DNA of 64,000 nucleotides from assembly GCF_963921235.1 (NCBI RefSeq), contig NC_086097.1, positions 92,320,001 through 92,384,000 on the forward strand, read 5' to 3'. This document shows, in pieces, positions 50,270 through 59,747 of this stretch (its first letter is position 1; each line of letters starts with the position of its first letter). The translations under genes and the position numbers were made by a program. The stretch is from Mobula hypostoma. Its lineage: Eukaryota. The notes under the pieces are model-generated. The model saw only the letters and a program-made list of their open reading frames with translations. It was not told where the DNA came from and did not search any database.

Positions 50270-51130
50270 GTTGTTTACTTCACCACAACTCAAAGAAAAA
50301 TGCAAGCAGCTTCACTGTATGTGACTTATTTTGACCTCACAAGAGCCTTTGACTCCCTCAATCCATGGAATTGTAGAACACTCTCCTTAAATTTGGCTGC
50401 CACAGAAACCTGTTTCTCTCCTGTGTTTGCTTGATAATGGCAACACCCCCACTAACAGGCCTACAACAAGGCTGATCTCAGTGAAGACCAGTTTCAAATA
50501 AGGCTGCGTCATTATCCAGAAAGCTCAACCATTCTCACCACAATGCCACATCTTGCCATCAACAAGTGTCCTGTGGGGCTGGAGTAATCTACAGGACCAA
50601 CCTGCTGAGAAGTTTGAACATTCATGAAGAGGGATTTGAGGGATATTGTCCAGGTGCAGGTTGAGGGGATGAGGCAGAAGATCAGGTTCAAATGGACTAG
50701 TTGGTCCAAAGGGCCTGTTTTTGTACTGTAGTATTCTACAACTCTGAGACCAATAAGACACCCAAGGTTCCCACACTTCATAACTAAATGTCCTCTAACC
50801 TCAGTTGTTAAGCTGCAATGTGCAAATGTTGCTTGATTCAAGTCCAAGACTATATCAACTCATTCAGTGAAATAAAGAGGATGAGACACTTGATGTCTGC
50901 AAGACAGTGATTCTCTACCAATCTAGTGCGACTACACAGAATAAGCTTTGACCAAGGTCCATACCATGACCATGGAAAGGCTTTACCACTTCCTGTATCC
51001 AGGAAGCAGCACTCAACAAAGGCAAATATGCATGATAACGTTCACTATTACCTTCAGTGAGCCTGTGTGGCCTTTCACCAGCTAAGGAAGAGTCACCCCA
51101 GTTCACACACTGGCCTCATCTCACCTGAGA
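50270..51130 (+). mobile_element. Decayed RTE LINE RT fragment
   Basis: TYFDLTRAFDS and LKFGC motifs at ~50320-50400. A short unrelated insert lies at ~50630-50750. Confidence 0.6.
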
Positions 51131-52227
51131 ACCTACAAAACTGGAGTGGAAGCATGTTAGTCCTTGACTCAGTGGCTGCCAAAGAAGAGGAATACATTCC
51201 AGAAACTTTCCTGATGTTGGAATTTACAGTAATTTTCCTAGCGTTGGCTGTTGCTTCTCTTCATCCATTCTTGAACAATAATTCTACATTTTGTGTGACA
51301 ATCATTTGGATCTGTTTAGAACGTGGAGAAATCTGGAAGATTAGAGCAAATTCATATACTGTCCAGGGAATTTTTCAGCCCTTAACCCCAACTGTTCTCC
51401 TAGTATTTTTTTCTCTTGCAATATGTGTCATTTTAAGATCCCTGTCCTTGGTTGTCTACTATTTCTGCTTTGCATTTTGTGCCTCCTGCTGTAAAGACTA
51501 AAACAAAATATTTATTTAATATCTCTACTCTTATTCCACGTTATTTAATTTCTTTGTCTCAGTGTCAAAGAGGCCAATGTTTAGTTTGCCATTCTTTTCC
51601 TATCTACGTTCGCAGCAAGTGATAGATGCAGCTGTATACTACTCAGTACCTCATACTTCTTCCATTATTCAATAAGATCACGGTTAATTTTTACCTCAAT
51701 ACCACTTTCCTGCAATGTTAATATCCCAAACTCTATTGACCTTGAATGTAAAGTATTCTAAAGTTGCATTATCCTTTGTGTCAAGAGATATTTGTCATCC
51801 CTATTCTGAAATATTGATGCCTTATTTTGAGGCCGTGATGTCTAATTCACAGAAGCCAGTGGAAACATCAGCTCTGGATCTGCAAGGAACAAAACAGCCA
51901 CAGCAGTGGAGCAAATTCATATGTTCCTCATATGAAAAACCCAGCATGCCAGTAATAAATCTGGTGAATCTTTGCTGCATCTATTCAATTGCAAATATAC
52001 CCGTCCTTAACTAGGAAGGCCAGACCTGCACATAGAAACCGTTTCACGAGGGGTGGAGCTATAATAAAGCAAATTCTCTTGCAACAAATACCAACATACA
52101 ATTTCCTTCCTACTAACTTGCTGAACTTGCAAGTAAAAATTTCCCTGACCTGTGTTCAAGAACGCCCAGGTACTTCTGAACATCTGATGTCCCCCTTAAC
52201 ATCAATGCAATTCCATCTCTCGCCGTG

Positions 52228-52690
52228 TTAAAAAACACAGAGAAATACAATAGAATCAATGAAAAACTACGGATTAACAAAGACTGACGAACAACCAATG
52301 TGTAAAAGAAGACAAACAGTGCCAATACAAAAAAATGTAAATAGATAATATTGAGAACATGAGTTGTAGTGTCCTTGAAAATGAGTCCATGGATTGTGGA
52401 ATCCGTTCATAGTAGAGGCGAGTGAAGTTATCCATGTGGGTTCAGGAGCCTAATGGTTGAAGAGTAATAACTGTTCCTGAACCTGGTGGTGTGGGACCTA
52501 AGGCTCCTGTACCTCCTTCCCAATGGCAGCAGTGAAAAGAGAGCACAGCCTGAATGGTGGGGATTCTTGGCGATGGTTATCAGTTTCTTATAGCTGCACT
52601 GTTTGTAGATTTGGTCAATAATGGGGAGGGCCTTGCCTATGATGGACTAAGCTGTGTCCGCCACTTTTTGTTGGCTTTCCCATTCATAGA
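52228..52690 (-). mobile_element. Rex/L2-type LINE 3' fragment
   Basis: Closely similar to 45900-46370. Confidence 0.75.
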
Positions 52691-52984
52691 AAGTGGTGGA
52701 ACCTCATATCCCACACGATCACATGGCCTAGTATCCAAACTGAGTCAGAAACAATGAGACATGCAGCATTGGTACCAACCCGCCACTTACACTCCAAGCA
52801 TCAAGCACCCATTTATCTAAAGCCCATTTTTCCTCTCACATCCCCAGCTTCAGCGCTACTGAAAACATGCGATACCTTAATGGTAGTTTGAAAGCAAAGA
52901 AATTTGATTTAAAAACATTACTAATAACCCTTTTTGGAAGTAAATTGTGGTATACTATCACCACAAACAGTGAGGAGGCAAGTG

Positions 52985-53703
52985 AAGGCAATGCAAATTC
53001 AAGAGATGTGCCATGCTGGTGAGCTGCAGAATTGGTGCACCTGGAGTTGGAGACATGCTGGTTGGAGTGAACGATTCGGAGAGGAGAAGCCAAGGCAGAG
53101 AAGTTTCGATGCCCGTCCAACTAACCCGGGTGCGAGGGTGGATTGCTAGAAGCGCCAAGCCAATTTGGAATAGTTAAGAACGGCTTCTTCAGCAGCAAAA
53201 TCTGTGCCCGAAGCAAATTGTTAGGCCATGTGTTCTAGGCCTGGAGCGATTCTCCACTGCGGAGCCGGGATCCTAATGCAAGGTATGATCCACTATTAAT
53301 ACAATTTAAACACAGGCCCAGATAGACTGGGGCTCCTCGCTCCATGACACTGAGGCTGTGAGACTGCCCCCGGCTGCTGTGCTTCGTGTCTGAGAACTTT
53401 GCAGCGTTTTGCCCCGCTAATATAATGAGCTGAATACCGAGGCTTTAGGCCTACCCCGGGCTGCTCTGGGGATTTGCATCTGAGGACTCAGTTTGGTTCG
53501 ACACGCTGTTTTGGCACACTTCTATTGTTTGCATTATTTGTGTTTTTTTTCTCTTTCTCTGTGCACATTGGGAGTTTGTCTTTATTTTGTTTTAATTGGG
53601 TTCTTTCGGCTTTCTTGTTTTGTGGCTGCCTGTAAGCAGACAAATCTCAAGGTTGTATAATTTACATATTCTTTGACAATAAATGTGCTTTGAATCTTTG
53701 AAT
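52985..53703 (+). mobile_element. Non-autonomous retroposon with a (TTTGAA)n tail
   Basis: Ends AATAAATGTGCTTTGAATCTTTGAA; related to 40230-40960. Confidence 0.55.
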
Positions 53704-53885
53704 TCATCACCCCATACTGCAGATCCAACCTCTTATCTTTAAATGATTATTTTATTCCTATCTCTTTTCTGTCTGATAACCAACCCTTAACTTGCACCAA
53801 TAAACTGCCACCAATACTGTGTGCAATACACATAAAAGTTGCTGGTGAACGCAGCAGGCCAGGCAGCATCTCTAGGAAGAGGTGC

Positions 53886-53921
53886 AGTCGACGTTTCAGG
53901 CCGAGACCCTTCGTCAGGACT
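53886..53921 (-). ncRNA. Minimal type I hammerhead ribozyme (left arm)
   Basis: AGTC-CTGACGA-AGG(GTCTCGG)CCT-GAAACGTC-GACT. Confidence 0.7.
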
Positions 53922-54216
53922 AACTGAAGGAAGAGTGAGTAAGGGATTTGAAAGTTGGAGGGGGAGGGGGAGATCTAAAATGATAGGAGAAGACAGGAGG
54001 GGGAAGGATGGAGCCAAGAGCTGGACAGGTGATAGGCAAAAGGGATACGAGAGGATCATGGGACAGGAGGTCCGGGAAGAAAGACGGGTGGGGGGGGGGA
54101 CCCAGAGGATGGGCAAGGGGTATATTCAGAGGGACAGAGGGAGAAAAAGGAGAGTGAGAGAAAGAATGTGTGTATAAAAATAAGTAACAGATGTGGTACG
54201 AGGGGGAGGTGGGGCA

Positions 54217-55147
54217 TTAGCGGAAGTTAGAGAAGTCGATGTTCATGCCATCAGGTTGGAGGCTACCCAGACGGAATATAAGGTGTTGTTCCTCCAACCT
54301 GAGTGTGCCTTCATCTTTACAGTAGAGGAGGCCGTGGATAGACATGTCAGAATGGGAATGGGATGTGGAATTAAAATGTGTGGCCACTGGGAGATCCTGC
54401 TTTCTCTGGCGGACAGAGCGTAGGTGTTCAGCAAAGTGGTCTCCCAGTCTGCGTCGGGTCTCGCCAATATATAAAAGGCCACATCGGGAGGACCGGACAC
54501 AGTATATCACCCCAGCCGACTCACAGGTGAAGTGTTGCCTCACCTGGAAGGACTGTTTGGGGCCCTGAATGGTGGTAAGGGAGGACGTGTAAGGGCATGT
54601 GTAGCACTTGTTCCGCTTACAAGGATAAGTGCCAGGAGGGAGATCAGTGGGGAGGGATGGGGGGGACGAATGGACAAGGGAGTTGCGTAGAGAGCAATCC
54701 CTGCGGAATGCAGAGAGAGGGGGGAAGGGAAAGATGTGCTTAGTGGTGGGATCCCGTTGGAGGTGGCGGAAGTTACGGAAAATAATATGTTGGACCCCGA
54801 GGCTGGTGGGGTGGTAGGTGAGGACCAGGGGAACCCTATTCCTAGTGGGGTGGCGGGAGGATGGAGTGAGAGCAGATGTACGTGAAATGGGGGAGATGCG
54901 TTTAAGAGCAGAGTTGATAGTGGAGGAAGGGAAGCCCCTTTCTTTAAAAAAGGAAGACATCTCCCTCGTCCTAGAATGAAAAGCCTCATCCTGAGAGCAG
55001 ATGCGGCGGAGACGGAGGATTTGCGAGAAGGGGATTGCGTTTTTGCAAGAGACAGGATGAGAAGAGGAATAGTCCAGATAACTGTGAGAGTCAGTAGGCT
55101 TATAGTAGACATCAATGGATAAGCTGTCTCCAGAGACAGAGACAATA
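54217..55147 (-). pseudogene. Truncated Penelope ORF: RT thumb plus GIY-YIG endonuclease
   Basis: DVYYKPTDSHSYLDYSSSHP, CKRNKCYTC and GVIYCVRSSRCGLLYIGETRRRLGDHFAEH. The N-terminal part of ORF 54217..55239 is read from the inverted arm. Confidence 0.9.
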
Positions 55148-55662
55148 TTTGCTGAACACCTACCCTCTTTCCGACAGAGAAAGCAGGATCTCTCAGTGGC
55201 CACACATTTTAATTCCGCATCCCATTCCCATTCTGACATGTCTATCCATGGCCTCCTCTACTGTAAAGATGAAGCCACACTCAGGTTGGAGGAACAACAC
55301 CTTATATTCCGTCTGGGTAGCCTCCAACCTGGTGGCATGAACATCGACTTCTCTAACTTCCGCTAATGCCACACCTCCCCCTCGTACCCCATCCGTTACT
55401 TATTTTTATACACACATTCTTTCTCTCACTCTCCTTTTTCTCCCTCTGTCCCTCTGAATATACCCCTTGCCTATCCTCTGGGTCCCCCCTCCCTCCTTGT
55501 CTTTCTTCCCGGACCTCCTGTCCCATGATCCTCTCGTATCCCTTTTGCCAATCACCTGTCCAGCTCTTGGCTCCATCCCTCCCCCTCCTGTCTTCTCCTA
55601 TCATTTTGGATCTCCCCCTCCCCCTCCAACTTTCAAATTCCTTACTCACTCTTCCTTCAGTT

Positions 55663-55698
55663 AGTCCTGACGAAGGGTCTCGGCCTGAAACGTCGACT
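55663..55698 (+). ncRNA. Minimal type I hammerhead ribozyme (right arm)
   Basis: Stem I AGTC/GACT, core CTGACGA and GAAA, stem II AGG/CCT, palindromic ACGT stem III, and a GTC site ending at 55694. Confidence 0.7.
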
Positions 55699-56057
55699 GC
55701 ACCTCTTCCTAGAGATGCTGCCTGGCCTGCTGCGTTCACCAGCAACTTTTATGTGTGTTGCTTGAATTTCCAGCATCTGCAGAATTCCTGTTGTTTGCGT
55801 TTTTAAAAACCAATACTGTGTGGTCTGATTTGTATAATAATCTCCCTCACAGCGTCTTATCTGGAAGGCCATCTGAAATTCCAAACACACTACAGTTTGT
55901 CCTCACACAGTCTGCCTGCAAAGTTGGCAAACTTTTCTTAGTATTTGCTTTTTGATTTTTTGCTAGTTTACTCTTATATTCTATTCTATTGATCACTTTT
56001 TGAATCACCATTTACTGGTTTCTGAACGGCACCCAAACCCAAAACCTACAACTAAGT

Positions 56058-56293
56058 GGGCAGCACAGTGGCTTAGCAGTTAGTGTAATGGTCTTACAGC
56101 GCCAACAACCCAGGTTCAATTCCACCAACATCTGTGTGTTCTCCCTGAGACCGCGTGTGGTTCCTTCAGGTGTTCCTCTTTCCTCTCACATTCCAAAGAT
56201 GCGCAAGCTAGCAGGCTAATTAGTCATATGGGTGTAACTGGATGGCAAGGGGTTAAACGGGCTGGAACAGCCTGTTATAATGCTGTATCTCTT
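56058..56293 (+). mobile_element. HE1/V-SINE-like tRNA-derived SINE
   Basis: GGGCAGCACAGTGGCTTAGCAG A box, GGTTCAATTCC B box and a CR1-like GCTGTATCTC tail. Confidence 0.75.
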
Positions 56294-57666
56294 AAAAAAA
56301 CAAATCTGCTGATACTTAAAATCCTTTCCATTCAGCTTAATTTTACTTAGTATAGGTTGGTGCCTTTTTTTTCAATCGAATATTACTTCATTTTCACCGA
56401 GAGTTGTGAAATATTTCTTTAATTGTATTTCACTGTTATATTGTGCCTGCAAACATAAAATTTTTTCTAATTTTCTATTTTGTTCCAAGTTACTGCATTT
56501 ATTAGTGCATAACTCCCTAGTTTTAAACGTGTTTGTCAATCTCAAACAAATTACGAAATCCTATCCTATTGTAAACACTCTTCCCAAGGGATCCTTATTC
56601 TAATGAGATTAAGATTAAATCCTGCCTCACTGCTGTTAATCAGATTTTTAAAAACCCTGTCCCCTAGCTGGGTTCACAATACTATCTTGAAGGTATTCCT
56701 TGAACTCAATTACCTTTGCCAATTTGAGAATGAAAGTTGATTATGATTACTGCATTACCTTTAACTCTTTCGGGCTTCAGGAGCTTGTAAGGTATCAAGA
56801 ATCCTGGTAGGGTGAGCACTGAGGAAGTACCTCCTCCTGTGGGGCAATCTAGAATGAGGGGATACTGTTTAACAACAAAGGATCCCCATTTAAAACAGAT
56901 GGGATGAATTAATTTTTCTCTCAGTGGGTAGTGAGGTTATGGGACCCTCTTCCTCAAGGAAGGTGGAAGTGGTCTGTGAATATTTATAAGGCAGATGTAG
57001 ATGTATTCTTGGTAAGCAAGGGGGTGAAAGAATACCAGAGAGGACAGTAATCTGGATTTGAGGTTGCAAGCAGATCGACTTGATCTTCTTCAATAGCAGA
57101 GGAGATGGGCCAAATAGCCTACTCCTAATTTGTTTGTTCTGATGTTATAAAACTTGTATGGCTTGAATGATGGTAGCACCCTTTGCCACAGGTGAGAGCA
57201 AAAGACAGGTTGGATAAGAGACAAAGGGAGAATATTTTCATTTCTCCTACCTTATTTCTGAGGGTACCCATACATGGGTGAAAAATAATACATGTCCTTT
57301 TCCTTCATCTCTAGACTTGGCCATTCCAATGATGCCCTGGCCAGCCCTTCCAACTTCCACCCTCCATATTCTTAAGCAGCTTTCATTCTTAAGCTTGTAT
57401 CCTTTCTTGTGTTCGCTGATCAGGTTCTGTTCGGGTCAGGTAGTTCCTCAGTATTAAAATCCTCAGCTTAGGTTCATTCTCCATTGCTCTCCCACGTACC
57501 CATCCCTCCTCCACACCCACAACCCTATAATGCAGCATTTTCCCAATCTTAGCTCGTTGACACCCCCGATTTAAATTGCAACACCTGGAGGGGCACCCCC
57601 AGGTGCTCCAAACCTCAACTTTCCCCTAAGACCTTATAAAAACGATGATCATGCTTTAAATAATAT

Positions 57667-57850
57667 GGGGTGTTCAAGGAGAGGAAATACCTCTGGTGAA
57701 GGGGCTTGGTGTGTCCACTCCGGGCCAGCTCACTCACCTTTGGTCCCCCACTGGACACTCGGCTCTCACCTGTGGCTCCAAGTAGCTGTTTGTATGCGAC
57801 AGCAGCCACGCCCTGGTATGCTGCTTCAACAGGTGGCTAAACCAGGTGAG
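57667..57850 (+). ncRNA. Predicted HDV-like self-cleaving ribozyme, copy 1
   Basis: P1 GGGGTGT/ACGCCCT, P2 CTCACCTG/CAGGTGAG, P3 GGC/GCC, L3 TCCAAGTA, P1.1 CC/GG and J4/2 GGCTAAA. Confidence 0.65.
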
Positions 57851-58183
57851 GGTGGCCAGCAGCTTCATACTTCAGAGAGATAGGGACACACTTGTCCTAG
57901 CGTGCAAAGTCAGATCTGACAGACTAGGCGGAGAAGAAGCACAGTGAGATTCGGTGGTACTACAACACTTGGAGGAGAGTGTAGGGCATGACAAGGCACA
58001 AAAGACTTCATGGTCACCCACTGCAGCCAAGGAAGACCCCAGTTTGTGACGTTTGTTCATACCACTGGACCCAGAATTCTGAGATCGGGGGAGCAGAACT
58101 GCCCCAGTGCGACGGCTTTTCCACTTTAAAAACTCTCCCGCACAAGTTTCCTGTCATCGTTGGACATGATGGACAACCACCAC
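57667..58183 (+). mobile_element. Non-coding RTE-type retroposon headed by an HDV-like ribozyme
   Basis: TSD AATAA(T/C)ATG at 57659-57667 and 58184-58192, and a (CAC/CAA)n tail. The first ~380 nt are homologous to 61575-61947 (minus). Confidence 0.75.
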
Positions 58184-58384
58184 AATAACATGCCATAATA
58201 TCACATTTGTATTGTGAGTCCTCCCGTGAGTCATAGAATCTCTAATTCATACAACAAAAGAATTGTCCTCTCAGGCCAACTCGCCCATGCCAACCAAGAT
58301 GCTTACCTGAGCTAGTACTATTTGCCAGTGTTCAGCCCATAACCCTCTAAACCAAGGGTTCCCAACCTAGGGTTTACTGATCCC

Positions 58385-59555
58385 TCAGCCTCTGTACCTC
58401 CCTCTTCAACTGGATCCTCAGCTTCCCAACTGGAAGACCACAATCTGTATGGATTGGTAATAATATCTCCTCCTCGCTGACAATCAACACTGGTGCACCT
58501 CAGGGATATGTGCTTAGCCCACTGCTCTACTCTCTCTACACCAATAACTGTGTGGCTAGGCATGGCTCAAATGCCATCTAAAAGTTTGCTGATGATGCAG
58601 CCCTTGTTGGCAGAATCTCAGATGGAGACAAGAGGGTGTACAAGCGTGAGGTGTATCAGCTACTTGAGTGGTGTCACGACAGCAATCTTGTACTCAATGT
58701 CAGTAAGACCAAAGAGCTGATTGTAGACTTCAGGAAAGTTAAGACGAGGGAACATAAACCACTCTTCCTAGGGGGATCAGAAGTGGAGAGAGTGTGCAAT
58801 TTTAAGGTCCTGGGTGTCAATATCTCTGAGGATCTAACCTGGTCCCAACATATTGATGCAGCTATAAAGAAGGCAAGACAGCAGCTATATTTCATTAGAA
58901 ACATAGAAACATAGAAAAACCTACAGCACAATACAGGCCCATCATCCCACAATGCTGTGCTGAACATGTACTTACTTTAGAAATTACCTAGGGTTACCCA
59001 TAGCCCTCTATTTTTGAGGAATTTGAAGAGATTTGGTTTGTCACCCAAAACACTCAAAAACTTCTGCAGATGTGTTGTGGAGAGCATTCTGACAGGCTGC
59101 ATCACTGTCTTGTATGGGCTGGGGTTCCGCACAGGACCGAAAGAAGCTACAGAAAGTTGTAAAATTAGTCCGCTCCATCTTGGGTACTAGCCTCCCTAAC
59201 ATCCAAGACATCTTCAAGGACCGATGCTTCAAAAAAGTGGCCTCCATTATTAATGCCCCCCATCATTATACCATCAGGAAGGAGGTACAGAAGCCTGAAG
59301 ACACACACTCAATGATTCAGGAACAGCTTCTTCCCCTCTGCCGTCTGATTCCTAAATGCACATTGAACCCAAGAATACTATCTCACTTTTTTAAAATATT
59401 TCTGTTTTGCACTATTTCTAATTTAACTATTACATACATATACTTACTGTAATTGCTTTACTTATTTTTTCTATACTATCATGTACTGCTGCCACTAAGC
59501 TAACATGTTTCATGACATATACCAGTGAAATTAAACCTGATTACAATTCTGAACT
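58385..59555 (+). mobile_element. Rex/L2-type LINE 3' half with an inserted CR1 3' tail (~58897-59013, minus)
   Basis: [22 protein letters not shown] and KTKELIVDFRK. The insert matches the CR1 tail at 11447-11555. Confidence 0.85.
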
Positions 59556-59747
59556 TCTTTTCCAATTATTTTTTGAGGCCAAACTTAGAAAACAGGAGAA
59601 GGAACAACTTTAGTGAAAGGGAGGAGGTTTTTGGGAAGGGATAATGATTCCTGATCCATGGAGCAGATGGAATATGACGTCTGAACCTTGGGAATGAGTA
59701 TAGAATCCACAGTAATGGAGCTGGTGGGACGAGGAACCCTAGAGACA

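Larger units (their letters stand above)
53823..55800. mobile_element. Penelope-like element, 5'-truncated, with inverted terminal arms (53823-54435 and 55148-55761) and a ~40-nt extension to ~55800
   Basis: The arms are reverse complements with few mismatches. The minus-strand body encodes an RT C-terminus and GIY-YIG. Confidence 0.93.

Noticed and set aside
54217..55239. 340-aa ORF as an intact endonuclease gene
   Set aside because: The start comes from the inverted arm; it is a 5'-truncated Penelope ORF.
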